Source: Lama glama (lineage: Eukaryota). Taken from it: DNA of 64,000 nt. The number at the start of each line of letters is the position of its first letter. Position 1 is the stretch's first letter. The notes beneath the pieces are model-generated. The model did not search any database, was not told where the DNA came from, and saw only the letters and a list, made by a program, of their open reading frames with translations. The stretch is from positions 64,296,001 through 64,360,000 of the forward strand of contig CM052816.1 of NCBI GenBank assembly GCA_028534125.1, read 5' to 3'. Made by a program: the position numbers and the translations under genes. Shown piece by piece: positions 13,810 through 28,177 of this stretch.

Positions 13810-14295
13810 AGTAGCTAATGTGTTTCAAGTTCTTAATCATGTGCTGTGCACTGGGCTATTCTCATACAGTCTCTGAATCCTTACAACAACCCTATGATGT
13901 AAGTACAAACAACTTTAAAATCTATTTTACAAATGTGGAAATGGAGGCACTGAATATGAGTTAACAATCAGAAACAGAACTGGGATCTGAAGCTAGAAAG
14001 TCCAACCACTGCCTTGCATCCCTGTGCTCTGCCTGTTCTCTTGAGGGGGTTGGAGATAACAGGAAAGCCATGAACTCTGGAATCCGACTTCCTGGGTTCA
14101 AAGCCTAGCTCCCGTGCTGACTGGTGACTCTTGGAACAACTAGAGAAAATCTCTCACTTTTCTCAGCTACAAAAGGAATGTAAGATGTGACATAATAGTT
14201 CTTGCCTCATGGAACTGTTATGAGGAGAAAACATAATGCCTAGTAAACAGTAACTGGCTCACAATGGGGTTGTTCAAATACATTAGTAAGCAGTA
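13810..14295. mobile_element. Two MIR SINEs in head-to-head orientation (~13810-14020 minus; ~14060-14295 plus)
   Basis: TATTTTACAAATGTGGAAATGGAGGCAC (minus core); CTCTGGAATCCGACTTCCTGGGTTCAAAGCCTAGCTC (plus head). Confidence 0.65.
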
Positions 14296-15587
14296 ACACA
14301 GTGTTCCTCCAAGGAACAGTGAGGTGTTTGGGGCTTTGGTCCCACACCAAATGGCTTCAACCTGCTCTTGATGAGTTCTCGAGTCTTTTTTTCTTTCTTA
14401 AGGTTTTATTTTCTCAAGCTTTAACTTTCCCTATGCTGGCACTCCTGGCTACTGATGTACCTGTATGGGGCATCTCCTTCCCCTATTCCCCACCTCTAAA
14501 CTAGAAAGCTAAACAGCAAGACTTTCTAAAATGATTTCTAAGTAAGAATATCCAGATTCTGAAGGAGGATCCAGTCTCCCTAGTTAGTTAAGAGGAAAAT
14601 TTTAGTGAATGGACTTTGTAACATCTGGTTATGGCTTTCTAGAGTTCTTTTTGCTTATTCAGCTTCTTTGTGGGTTTTTAAGTGTTGATACCATACAATC
14701 TGGACCTATAGATAAACATGATCTTGCTGGAGCATACTGGAATGTGGCAGTACTACTATTCTGTCAAATCAGATAGATATACAAAGACAAAGAGAGGCTG
14801 CAGGCTAGTATACCAAATTGCTCAAATAGTCCATAAAAGCATAAACAACTCTTTTCCGCTGGCTCACTACCTAAGGGCTTAGCAGAGGTTAGAAGAGATA
14901 GCTAATACAAGATAGGGTTTGGAGTTTAAGGCATCATACAGAAGAGGAATTAAGGTATCATTCAGACATCCTCATCTTAGACACATTAGCCCAACTTACT
15001 GCCAAATACAGTGGATCAATAAGAACAACTTTTCTCTGCACTCTGCCAAACCAAAGATATCCACACATGCTCTCCTGCTCTCCAGCAAGGCGGCAAAGAA
15101 ACTGACTCCGACTTTCAGTGATGAGGCTATTAGAGAACAAGTATCAAAAACCACCAAGTGTGAGAAGAGGACATAATCACAGTTTATTGCGAGAGAAGTC
15201 TTCACTGGATTAAAATAAAAGCACACAAAGGAGGGTGAAATGGAGGTGGTCATACAAAATGTATTTGAGATACCTCACAAATAGAAGTCAAATCCGAAAC
15301 AAAGTTTGGAATATTCCACTCTTACTATAGCAACTTTATCAAACACTGCTTCATTTTTGCCATTTCCAAACATCTTTCAAAATTCAGCAAGTCATTCATT
15401 CCCTATCCAAGAAGGTGGTCTATGATCTACATACACATAGGAACAAATTCATGTTTTTAACATCCAAATTCTTATTACCAGTGTTTATGAACATGATATT
15501 CCACACCGGAACTTTTTAAAATAATCAAGTTCACTGATATAATTGATGAAATATATTATATTTCAAAAGACTACAAAATAGATGGGA

Positions 15588-15910
15588 CAGGGGTGAGCAA
15601 ACTTTTTCTGTAAAGGGTTTCTTCTCTTGTTGGCTTTGCAGGCCATAAAGTCTCTGTCCCAACTACTCAATAATGTCTTTGTTCCATGAAATCAGCCACA
15701 GACAATATGAGAACTAATCAGCATGGATGTGTTCCAATAAAATTTTATTTCTGGACTCTGAAATATGAATTTCATATAATTTTCACATGTCACAAAACAT
15801 TATTTTTTTCAAATATTAAAATAATGTAAAAGCCATTCTTAGTTTATGGGCCATACAAAAGCTGGTAGCAAGCCAGATGTGGCCAATGAGTTATAATTTT
15901 CCATTCCTTT
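15588..15910 (+). mobile_element. MER58-like hAT-Charlie non-autonomous DNA transposon
   Basis: Starts CAGGGGTGAGCAAACTTTTTCTGTAAAGGG; internal GTTCCAATAAAATTTTATTT; ends GGCCAATGAGTTATAATTTT. Confidence 0.75.
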
Positions 15911-15972
15911 ATATAGGTTACTCTAATACTAAAAAACCCATTCCTTTATATAGGTTACTCTAATACTAAAAA
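15901..15972 (+). repeat. Perfect 35-bp tandem duplication (period 37)
   Basis: CCATTCCTTTATATAGGTTACTCTAATACTAAAAA at 15901-15935 and 15938-15972. Confidence 0.95.
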
Positions 15973-18900
15973 GCAGAAACACAAAAAATTCACCAGCTGC
16001 AATTTTGAGATTAGGTTCCCTTTGAACCTGGAGAGGGTTGGGGAGTACTCCATAGTTTAAACAATGTGCTACTGTGCTTCTAAAATAGAAAACATGCTAT
16101 ACAGACTATTTAAAAATCTTAGTTTCTAAAGTTAATACCAAAATGTTAAATAAGAGAATATGTCTTTTTAGTAACCTTTAAACATATTCTAGATTCCCTG
16201 ACAAATGGCTTAAACCTCTGCAGTGTTCATATTATAAGCACAGTATTTTTAGGTCCATCCTAATATAGGATCTTCCCCACCCCTCCAAGTCAACTAATGA
16301 TTAAGTCACAGTGACAAATGTAAATTTCTATAGCAAGATAAAAGCTATTTCCTGAAGCTTCATTAGAATACGTGCTGTGTTGGGTCTAAAATATAAGAAT
16401 TTACTCTGAGATCAGAGAGAAGGCTCTGGGAACACTGGATTAGTCGACCTTCTGTGAGCTTAGCAGAAGCGTGTAAGGTTAAGTACCTATAAAATCTTAT
16501 AATAGGGGAGTCCTGTTAATGGCTATATTCCAAGCTGGTCCTATATAATTCAACAATTTCTACATGTCAGTAGATGACTTAGAGTATTCTTACCAATTCT
16601 AAATAATAAACAATTCTGAATAACCAAAAGCCTGCTCCAATGCCACAGTGACTCTCTTATGTAGGAAAGCCTATTCAACTGGTATCGTTGCCTGTAATGA
16701 ACTTTTCCCATTTAGTTGGCCTCAGAGGACTCTAATCACACACCTTACCTGTGTACAGTGCCTCCTGTAGTGTGGGAAGAAGAGAACACAGTCGAAGATG
16801 GAGAAAATATGTTTCATCATTTTAGCAACTTTGTACAAGCAGGTGTCAGAGATCTGCTAAGTAGACAGGCGGTAAAAAAGAAACCCAGAGCTTTTCATCT
16901 TGAACCTCAGGGAGAAAAAAGGCAAACTGAAACCAGACTGACTTACCTCAGGTATCTGAAAATCAGTGATTCACTCGGAACACACATATTTTGTTTTGGG
17001 ATACTAAACTCTCCTAAGTCAGCAATTGGAGGAAATAAAAATATATGGGACAGACACCTGTTTTGGACCTGGGAATTCTGATCGGTTTTATTTCAAATTT
17101 TTAAGAAGTCAGTAGTAACTTCATTTATCCAGATCTTGCTCAGACAGAAGAAGGGCAAAAATGCAATTTCTTAAAGTCATCCAGCTAGTGGTTGGATTAT
17201 CAGTGACCCAGATAAGAGCAGACACAGTCCAAGAAATTTTGGCTTCTTATAGTAGGGAAAAGCAAGGAATCTGGTTCATACCTTCTTTCATTTTATAATT
17301 ATTTACTGTACTCTAAATATTTATGATCTCCAAATACGTGGGCAGGCTCCCCACAACATGAAATATCTCAAACATCTACAGTGGCTCAAGAAGTGTTTTT
17401 CCAAGAGTGGTTCACTATCCACTAACAGGGCAGAGACCAATGTTGTGGGTCACAGAGAACAGTTTTTAATGAAATAAAATGATATTTCTGAAAACATCAA
17501 CAAGTATGGCATGTCTTAAGGGTAATTACTGTCATATGAAACTTCAGTTTCTTTTACAGTTACGCATGCATGTATTGGGGTTATGATGCAAAGTTTCTTA
17601 CTTTGAAAGGAGGGTTACAGACTAAAAACAGCTTGAAATACCTGCCAGACCTAACTAGACATAAGAGACAAGTAAGCAACAAGGACAGCAGTCAGACCTG
17701 GAAACAAAATTGGGAAGCCGTCATCGCCTGGTAGCATAGAAAGCTTTGGCATAGCTGACATCATCTAAGAAAAAGGCAAGAGGTAGGAGAAAAGAACCTA
17801 GCCTCAAACCCTGGGGACATCAACATTTACAGTGTGGAAAGAGGAAAAACCACCTAAACCAAATGAAGGCGTGGCCAGAGAGGCAGGAGCAAAACCAGAG
17901 AGCTGAGGATCCCCCTGCAGGCTACCTCTGATGCAGGGAAAGCCAGTAAAAGTTATAAAAGAGGCATCTCCCTTTCAATTTCCCATTTAAAAAAAAAATA
18001 AGGTGTGAAGGAGGAAAAGCTGGAGGATGATTATGAGTACAGAAGGTAAAATAAAAAGATACTATAGAGTCTGGAAATGTCCTTATTTTGCTGACATATA
18101 CATATCTAGGAATACTTGCTCAGTATTTTATGGTGGGTACTGTAAACCAAGAGACGATGTTCATATCCATTTAAACCACCTATTTGCATGTTTGAAGCCA
18201 ACATGTGGGCAAACCACATGATAGGTAATGGTTGTCCACTGACTTTCTAAAGATGTCAAATGACATTACAGTAAATCTTATCCTTAATATATATTTTCAC
18301 TATCTTCTTGGAAATCTCACATGCTAAATTCCCTTCAAGAAAATAAGGGATTCTTAATAATCTGGAAGCAAATGCTCTCAAGAGGAAGTATAATGGAATA
18401 ACAGGGTTGCCTTTTGTTTAGACTGGAGTTGTTCCAAAGCTATTATTCTGAGCCCCTGTCAATAAAAGCTACAGCCTCTAATTTTCTGGGCACCAGCCCT
18501 ATTTGGAGGTAATGGGACCTCTCCTGAAACTTACATGAAGATCTATCATCATGACTACTTTAAGTGCCTTTGCCCTACCTTCATAACTTCTACAAATCAC
18601 ATGTTAATACTCTTGGTCTTAATATGACAAACAGGATTATTTCCTAGAGTGGGACGGCAACTTTCTTTTTCAATATTAGAAAAGGACAACCAATTTGTGA
18701 TAGAATCAGAATGATTGTACTGAAATGGACCTTAAAAATTATCTTGCCCAGTTCCTTCATTTTAAAGATAAGAAAGTGGGGGCTTGTTCCGGGTGGTGCA
18801 GAGGAGATAATCTGGCTGTCAGAGCCAGTTAGATGAAAGTTTCAACCTCAGTTCTATTACCTAGTTCATCAAAGGAGTCAGTGTCTTCATTTGTAAAATA

Positions 18901-19411
18901 GGGGTAACAACAACCAATCTCACACAGGAGAATTTAAATGAAACAAGGCATTTAAAGTACTTAGCACAGTGCTGGCACACAGTATACTCAAAGTGAGTCC
19001 CTCCCCCTCAGTCCCCATTCTCTTCTCCTCTTTGCCAAAGTAAAGCACAAATTGGGATGCTGTTCAGACTCCTCTGTGACATCACAACATACAAAAGAAA
19101 AAGGCCACAAGATTGTGTATTTGAGTCTTCTACTGGTCCTGTTTTAAATATGAAATTGACATTAGGTAGCTTCTTATAACACACCAAAACCCAAACTCAA
19201 GACAAGAGATAGAAATGATTTAAGGAATGGGAAGAGAAAGAAGAAATCCAAGGAGCCTCAATGAGGTAAGAGGAAAATGAAGCAAGTCAGCATTACAGAG
19301 GTAATCTCATATAAATTGGTATCAGTTTCAAACGCCAGAAACTGATTAAGGAGAAAAAGAAATTGAAATAACCCACTGCACTGGCTATAAAGTCAGTGGT
19401 GACCATAAAGA

Positions 19412-19911
19412 NNNNNNNNNNNNNNNNNNNNNNNNNNNNNNNNNNNNNNNNNNNNNNNNNNNNNNNNNNNNNNNNNNNNNNNNNNNNNNNNNNNNNNNNN
19501 NNNNNNNNNNNNNNNNNNNNNNNNNNNNNNNNNNNNNNNNNNNNNNNNNNNNNNNNNNNNNNNNNNNNNNNNNNNNNNNNNNNNNNNNNNNNNNNNNNNN
19601 NNNNNNNNNNNNNNNNNNNNNNNNNNNNNNNNNNNNNNNNNNNNNNNNNNNNNNNNNNNNNNNNNNNNNNNNNNNNNNNNNNNNNNNNNNNNNNNNNNNN
19701 NNNNNNNNNNNNNNNNNNNNNNNNNNNNNNNNNNNNNNNNNNNNNNNNNNNNNNNNNNNNNNNNNNNNNNNNNNNNNNNNNNNNNNNNNNNNNNNNNNNN
19801 NNNNNNNNNNNNNNNNNNNNNNNNNNNNNNNNNNNNNNNNNNNNNNNNNNNNNNNNNNNNNNNNNNNNNNNNNNNNNNNNNNNNNNNNNNNNNNNNNNNN
19901 NNNNNNNNNNN
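19412..19911. other. Assembly gap (500 N)
   Basis: Run of exactly 500 N directly abutting a young L1. Confidence 0.99.
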
Positions 19912-20643
19912 CCTACACTGCTGGTGGGAATGCAGTTTGGTGCAGCCACTATGGAAAACAGTGTGGAGATTCCTCAAAAGACTAGGAATAGACTTACCAT
20001 ATGACCCAGGAATCCCACTCCTGGGCTCGTATCCAGAAGGAAATCTACTTCAGGATGACACCTGCACCCCAATGTTCATAGCAGCACTATTTACAATAGC
20101 CAAAACATAGAAACAGCGTAAATGTCCATCAACAGGTGACTGGATAAAGAAGATGTGGTATATTTATACAATGGAATACTACTCAGCCATAAAAACCGAC
20201 AACATAATGCCATTTGCAGCAACATGGATGCTCCTAGAGAATGTCATTCTAAGTGAAGAAGGTCAGAAAGAGAAAGAAAAATACTATATGAGATCGCTCA
20301 TATGTGGAATCTAAAAAACAAAAACAAAAATAAACAAACAAATAAAAAGAAAGCATAAATACAGGACAGAAATAGACTCACAGACAGAGAATACAGACTT
20401 GTGGTTACCAGCGGGGTGGAGGGTGGGAAGGGATAGACTGGGATTTCAAAATTGTAGAACAGATAAACAAGATTACACTGTATAGCACAGGGAAATATAC
20501 ACAAAATGTTATGATAAATCACAGAGAAAAAAATGTGACAATGAGTGTGTATATGTCCATGTATGACTGAAAAATTGTACTGAACACTGGAATTTGACAC
20601 AACAAAAAAGAAAAATAAATAAATAAAACACAGCAAAAAAAAA
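19912..20643 (+). mobile_element. Young LINE-1 3' end (ORF2 C-terminus + 3'UTR + A-rich tail); 5' part lost in the gap
   Basis: [22 protein letters not shown] and YDPGIPLLG / CTPMFIAALFTIAK / WYIYTMEYYSAIK-type L1 ORF2 motifs; A-rich tail. Confidence 0.93.
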
Positions 20644-22919
20644 TGTCAGTCACATTTTAATGTGATTAAAATATTATTTTAATATAGAATTTAGAATAGA
20701 AATAACAAATCAGCTTGAGATACTACCTTTAATTCTTCAGGATCTATAGAATGAGACCAGACAGATTAACTTACACATAAAATTTAAAGTTTAAAAGACT
20801 ACAAAAGAGTTTCTATTTTCAGTAGGAAATCAGAGTACAACATTCATCTTGCCTTTAATTAATACAACTGATGATCAAAATAAGAGTCTAAGAATGGGGA
20901 ATATAACGCCTCTGAGCACAGAGGCAGATTTTAAGTCATGAACGTGGTACTTTGAGAAGCTCCCTAAGTTATCCTTAATATTTGAAATTCATGGTTTGAT
21001 ACTGGTTTACTCTAGAATCCACTGATATATAAATTTAAATTATACCCTAAAGAAATACAGAGGATTGAAATGGTGCTTCTAATATCAAACAGTACCTGAG
21101 CCCTTCAAACATAATGGGCTGTTCTTTCATTTATCAGAAAGTGTTTTCTTTTGCATATAAAACTCTTGCCATAAGCATAAATGTACTTGTGTGTATGTGC
21201 AAGAGTAGTGAGATAATTACACACCTTTGGGGCTTAAATATATCTGGTGTCACCTCACACTTTAGGTATATAGTTATTTCATTTTGAACCATTCATTCTA
21301 GAGAGTAATTACTCATCTGATAACTTGGTCATAAAAAGCAGAGCTACACAGTATTTCAGCAATTATACAGCAAAGATGAACTTTTATATGATACTTTTGT
21401 AAATCAGATAATCAAAACATACACCTTAAATAAGCTAAGGTGCTAAAATTATAACAAGTTATATACAGACTTCCTAAACTTTTAACTTGTGACCAGTTTA
21501 CACAGTAAGCTACAATTGCTGCAGATACACCCACCTATGGAATAAAAGTTGAACCCACAGGCAGTTCACTAACTCAAGGAAAGGGTATAATACATTGGCA
21601 GCAGGAAAGAGGTCAGAAGAAGGCAAATCTAATAATCCATGTCTTATAAGAAAGGATAGTGTCCTGACTTTATTTACTACTTTATATTAGCCTGGCAGGT
21701 TGCACACTCTTACAGTGCCTACCTCCAACTGAAAAAATAAAGGTCCTGGCATTTCAGACTAGCAGATTAAATAGCCTCCAGAAATGTTCCTTTATATAGT
21801 CTCATGGTTACACACAGGCGGGAATAGGAGAAGGGAAAGAAAGACCCTGGATGCTGCCTGGAAGATGCATCTAATCTTTCCTCGCCTACAAACAGAGGAG
21901 TTTCCTAAAAACAAAAGATGGAAAGGAAATTTTAAGGCTTACTCTAAGAGTCACATAGGTCTTTAGGCTATAATTTAGTAGTAAGAAGAGAATATCCCCA
22001 ACAAATCAGCAAACTGCTAAATCTCTCCATCAACATGGCTGCTAAGACACCAGCACCCAGAACTGTCTTCCAGTAACAGTGCTGTGTGCACCTCAAGAGC
22101 CTCACAGTTTCTTTTTATTGTACTAATCTTCTCTTTTAAGTACCTCCTTCATCCATTGCCACCAAGTCTCCCACTAAAATCAAATTTGAAAAAAGTTCAT
22201 GTTTGTCCAAGATCACTTTAATAAGATAGAAATAACTTTATGAAGCAGATATTTGATATTTCTTACATGCATCATTCTAGCCTGCTCCTTTTGGGTTCAA
22301 TCAACATGCAGAATCAAAGATTAACATGATAAAAAAAATTGAAAAAGAAAAGCTCACACATAGGCCAGAATGCACAGAGTTACAAACAGAAAAAGATGTC
22401 ACGTGCAGGCCTGCTGTGTAGCCCACAGTGACTCTGCTCATGAGCTCTGTTCAAAGCCAGTGCCCTGCCCACCATGATGGAACACAGCTGCTTTTGCAAG
22501 AGAACAAAAAGAGGAAAGCAGAGAACTGACCTACACACGTGGACCAAGGAGTCCCCTGCTCTAACCACACACCCTACCATCCTCTCAAAACCTTTGCTTG
22601 TTTGGTTTTTCCCAGGCAACACGACAAACTGAATTTCTCAATCCATGTTATATAAACCCACGTACCAATACAACTGACTTTGATAAGGGAGCTTCTCGCA
22701 CCCTTCTAAGGAAGTCCCTCTAACAGCAGAAACAAATGAAACAGTACCTTTGGGTAGTCTGGGAGTGGCCCGAAGAGATCACAAATGCAAAACTAGACTA
22801 TGTTTTTCAAACTGACATATTCTTCGTGGGGTAAGGTGTGAGATAGGCAGTAGACAGAATCACTCAGTAAAAGCGGCGCCTCTTCCCGGAAAAATACTTC
22901 CTAAGTAAAACACCACTGT

Positions 22920-23300
22920 TTTTATCCATTTATTCAACAAACTTTTTTGAGAGTCAACTATGTGCAAAGGGTTGTACTGGGAGCTATGAATACAAAAATA
23001 CATACAGACAGACATACACACCTACAACCTAATGGGGAAAAGAAACACACAAACAAACAAAAAAATCACACGGTAAACTATGATTAGGGTCTCAAAGGAG
23101 AGAACTCTTTGCCAGGAGCTTTCTCTAAGTCCAGTTGATAATTGAGGCATGAATCAGGCACAGAGGACCTCTCCAAGTAGAAAAAAGAACACAGGCAAAG
23201 GCAGCTGAAGGGCAAGGGAGAACAGTGTGCAAAAGGCACCTACGGGTCCCGGCTGGACCATGTTAGGCCTTGCATACCCACGAACGACTAGTCCTCTGAG
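22920..23300 (-). mobile_element. L2 3' end
   Basis: CATTTATTCAACAAACTTTTTTGAGAGTCAACTATGTGCAAAG (antisense L2 tail). Confidence 0.65.
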
Positions 23301-25073
23301 CAGAGGGAGGCCACTTCTGAAGGTTCTGCACAGGGAGAGCACAGCACCACCATTCTGGCTGCAATACAGATCGTAAGAGCTGATCCTTGCCTGTCCAAAG
23401 TTTACGAGCTGACTGTAACAGTCTTACAAATACATGAAGTCCACCCTCACTCACCCATGTGTGTATACACAAAGAAAGAGCATATACAAAAAAAAGAGAA
23501 AAGCCCTATGGTCCATATGAGAAATACAGAAAGGCCATTAACAGGCCTTTCACTGGATAGCTAGAAAAGTGTAGGGCAGGTCATTCAGGTCACATCAGCA
23601 CAGCTTTCAAGGGCAACAATTTATGAGATTACCCAAAAATAGAATTTAAAAAAAATGCAACCAAGATTTCAGTTCATAGCAAGCTCTTAAAATTTCACTT
23701 GAAACTATTTTTCTGAATACTTAATTTGTAAATCTTAAATCAGGAGAAAGGGGTTAATCAACTCTTTTCATTGATTCAAGTACCCAAAAGACAGGAATCT
23801 TACATATACAGTCCTATGACTTGAGAAACTCATAAACAGATATGCATCTAAGTGCTCTATATCTTCTTCCATCCTCTCCTTCCCCACTGCAAATATTCAG
23901 GGAAGCCTAGAAACTAAACTCCAACTGATTAGGTCAATCCATAAACTGTCCATTCCACTCATGAATACCACTGAACTGATCTTAGCCATATCCCTTTCCA
24001 CTTTCAGGAGAACAATTCCAGAGTTCCAGTGAAGATAAAATTCATCAATCACTGGGGTCAAAAACAAGAGACATTAAGATGCTAATGCCAAGTTATACTT
24101 TGTTGAATAATATGTGTTTTGTTTAGTTGCACTAAATCACTTAAAATTATAATGATAATAAAATATTAACAGATTAACCTGTGGCTAGTAAAATTGAGTG
24201 TTTTAAGTTTTTTTAAAACAATGTTTTCCTTCTCTGATTACAAAATCAATATGCTGATTGCAGGGTTTAGGGAAAACACAGATAACTAGAAGAAAGTAAT
24301 AATAAATGGAGAAAATTAGGTAAAAAGTGGAGCACAGCAATAATATATCTTCCCTTTTGTGTAACTGTTTAGAATTCATGTAGTTTCATGTATTCCCAAA
24401 TACATCCCTTAACAGCCTCATGATAGAGGTGACAAAGGTATAATTATTTCCATTTTATAGGATTCAAGGAAATTCTGAGCCAGTAAATGATCTGCCTGAG
24501 GGTAACAGGTAGTAAGACAAGACCCAGAGAAGAGGATTCTAGTCTCCTGATGGGTTAGGCATCTTCTCCAGCTCATGGTCATGTTATTAGCAAATGATAC
24601 GTACACTGACAGAAGTGGCTGGATGCAAGCACCTAAAATGAGCAGTACTTACAAACATCAATAAAAGGTAAAAAACAAAAGTGCAAAATAGAATTGTATC
24701 ATTAATACAAATGTATGCTAAAGCACTGTAACATCAAATAAGGCTAGAAAATTTATATATCTTTAAATTATTAAAAAGGAGTTGGGGGGAATACATCAAA
24801 CCTATGGAAATTGAGAATCTCTTAGTTGCTTCCTTTTGGTGGGAATGAGAATGCAGAAAGAAATCATACATTTCTTACCTGAAAGAGTGAGCGGAGCACA
24901 CTGATGAAGACCAAAGATAAGCCAAAGGTCTCCTTTCTGTTCCAAACAACTCTTCCTTCCCTCCCTATCTCCCTATAGACACTGTGTAGCACGTGCATGT
25001 GCAAACACACAGAGTATAATTTTAAACTGATTTATTAATTGCCCCCTTCTTTCTGAAAAACAAGATATATGGC

Positions 25074-25203
25074 TAGGGTAACAATATATTTTATCATCTG
25101 AACTGAAACACTAATAAGAGTAAAAGAGGTGACTGTTCCTTATTACCAGGAAAAGAGTCGTAAACCAAGACTGACTGGGCAAATGGGAACATGTGGTCTC
25201 CCA
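25074..25203. mobile_element. MER81-like hAT-Blackjack MITE
   Basis: TAGGGTAACAATATATTTTATCATCTGAACTG...GTAAACCAAGACTG...GGCAAATGGGAACATGTGGTCTCCCA; degenerate TAGGGTGACCA terminal inverted repeats. Confidence 0.7.
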
Positions 25204-25519
25204 GTATCTGGTTCCCACCCCCCTTATAAGCCAAGCATTGGGAGTACACCCTTATTGTTCATATATTGTTCAAAAAACTGCTTGATGTGTCCCATTTTAT
25301 GTAAAACTCAATCTTAAGCAAATGCTACCTCGAGGGAAAGTCATCGGCATTTTGTAGACCAGTTTAATAAACATTCCTACCAATTAGCAAATGTCTTTTC
25401 ACAATGTGTAAGATTTTGTGGGATGTTCTGAAGTTATCTGTGCTTTGCAAGTCATCTGGAAGTTTAAAAAACTGGTTAAATTTATTTTTACCAATTTCTT
25501 TAAAAAGTGCAGTATCAAA

Positions 25520-25648
25520 GAGGGGACATACAGCTCAGTGGCAGAGTGCATCCTTAGCATGCATGAGGGCCTGGGTTCAATCCCCATTACTTCCATTAAA
25601 AGAAAATAAAGAAACCTAATTACCTCCCCCCACCAAAAAACGTTTTCC
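25520..25648 (+). mobile_element. tRNA-derived SINE (vic-1-like) with 16-bp TSD
   Basis: AGCTCAGTGGCAGAG...GGGTTCAATCCCC head; TSD AAAGTGCA(G/A)TATCAAA at 25504-25519 and 25649-25664. Confidence 0.9.
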
Positions 25649-26677
25649 AAAGTGCAATATCAAATAACAGAAAAAGCCAATTTCTTAATCCCTCAAAGTT
25701 ATTTAAAATTCAAAGCTTTTTTCCTTGGTAAACTAAAAGTACTGTTCTACACAGGAATGCCCAAATTATGTTCTGTTTAGAAGCTGGAATCATCTAATAA
25801 ATAAACTGCTTTCAGAACAGGTTTCTGGCTGATATTGTCAACAAGTTAACAAGCTGGAAGGAAAAACTTCCCTCAAACAAGAAAGGAAAAAAGAAACCTG
25901 ATGTGGTATCTGCAGAAAAGTACTGATAATAATAAACAAGTCTAAAAAACCAACCTTCCTATCTTGTGGTCATATTCCTATTCAATATACCTCTTAAGAG
26001 ACTAAGTTACAGCAACTCAGATTCAGAAAATCAAATAGAAATTGGAATTTGGAGCTATTTTTTTCAACTAAAGATTTCATACAGGTACACAATACTGTCA
26101 CATACTCTGAACCTGTCATTCATTCAAGGGAGTTTCAACGTCTGCTATGTACACGCTGCACTGGCACTATAATAGTCAGCTACCCTGGATTTAAAATTTG
26201 CCAGTATTTTTTTTCTAGTCTAGCACATTTATCTTTCAACTTCAGAAAGGGACTCTGTATTTAAACACTCTGTAATTCTTATCCCTCCCAAAAAAGACTT
26301 AGAAATACCTACTAAACAATAGAAAACTCAAAATGACTCTGCAACTACATATGGCAGAATATTTTTATATTTATTTATTAGCACTTCATATTCTGAATTG
26401 TTTGACAGCCTCATTGTTGCTCCCTCTATGAAAGATGCTTAGAAACCTACAATCCTACATATTCCAATTTCTCGTAAGAAATTAGCCCTCATTTCCTCCA
26501 ATTTTTACATTAAGATGAGTTCCACAGCTGTGTTCTCACGTTTATAAAAGGCCATGAATCAGACAAGCCAGTGCCAGTCTCTACAGCTCCGTGTAGAATT
26601 TTAGATGATCTACCTAGTTTCACTGAAAGAAAACCAAAGTATATAAAAGAAGCTGATTCACTATTATATCTGTTTTT

Positions 26678-26794
26678 TTAACTTTTTTATTGATTTATAA
26701 TCATTTTACAATGTTGTATCAAATTCCAGTGTAGAGCACAATTTTTCAGTTATACATGAACATGTGTATATTCATTGTCACATTTTTTTCTCTG
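26678..26794 (-). mobile_element. ~117-bp 5'-truncated young L1 3' end with perfect 16-bp TSD
   Basis: Reverse complement matches 20522-20604 of the L1 above; TATTATATCTGTTTTT at 26662-26677 and 26795-26810. Confidence 0.9.
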
Positions 26795-28177
26795 TATTAT
26801 ATCTGTTTTTAAAAAACAGTATGACAGTTCTAGATTTCTTAGGTAAGGCTTATTGAAAGAGTCAAGACAGAATTTACTAGATTTATCAATAAATAAGGCT
26901 TCTTTAAAGAGCCAGGTACAAAGCTCAATTCTAAATGATTAAAAAGGCAAACCGAAAAGAAAGATAAAACTAGTTGCTCCACAATTGTAAAGGATAAAAG
27001 TGGGAAACTGCAACGAGTACATTTTGAAAACCAGCCTTTTAGAGTTGCAACAGCCAGTACATCCGTAAAACTACCATAAGATAGACTGCCTTTATATACA
27101 CTAAACTATCACAGATTACATTCTCAACTGTTACTACCTTTAACAGGAAGAATGCAGGGGGGGAAGTAGTCAATAAAAAAAATAACTTCTTTAATATTAA
27201 ATAAGTAGCCCAATGAACTATAAATTCCAGAAGGAGAGGGTAGGAAAGGGACCCTCTATATTTGAACATGGCTACTTGAATTTTTTGTGCTTTTCTGACC
27301 TTAACCTACCGCCACTTGGCCCATCTCTATCACCATTTCTTCGCAAGACCCTAACACACATGCACACTCACACATATGCACATGGGCACGCGAACAGGTG
27401 TGTGCACACAGTGCACGCACACACACAGTTTAAAAAAAATCCTTATGTGTCAAAAAAAAGATTTCATACAAGAGCACAGAACTCTGAAGTCTCATCAAAA
27501 TCAAAAAACAAGCCACTGCTAAGCTATGAGATACTAAAGCAAATTCAGAACTAATACATACACTGAATTTTGAATAAACTTCCAGTCACTGGCTCTTACA
27601 TCACCAGCCTTTTTCTAACACATCTAAAATTATAAACTATGAAAAAAAATTATGGAAAACAAATAAGCATAAAAATCATGGATAAAACTTAAATTACTGC
27701 TGAAACAGAATTTTTCTAAAAATCTGTCCATTTTAAAATACAAGAATTTTTCCACAAATTGTTAAAATGAACAAAGAGTTTCAAAAATTTTTTTTCCTGA
27801 TTGCAGTAGTCCTTACTTAAAAGCAAAAATGCAATACTATCCAATACTTTGGAATTTCCTGCTACTTAATGAAACAGCTTAGACAAGATGTCTTTTTAAT
27901 AAGCTGCTAAGAGAGACCCATGAAAACTGCAAAGAAACTGCTCTGACAAGTTCCAATAAGGAACATCATTTGAGCACTTTGCTTGTAAGGAATCTAAACA
28001 GCACTAGTCAAACTACCTTCTGGGCTTTGGTTTTAATCAAGCTTGTTAGTCAAACTGGAGTTGACATCATTTAACATGACTCACCTAAGTAAAATCTAAA
28101 GTACATTAAAGATCCATAAGATACTCACCTACTACGATCCAGTAAATTACAATGTTCTAAGCACCATATTAAATTTT

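Noticed and set aside
19293..20004. ORFs of ~200 aa spanning the N run
   Set aside because: Artefacts of the assembly gap.
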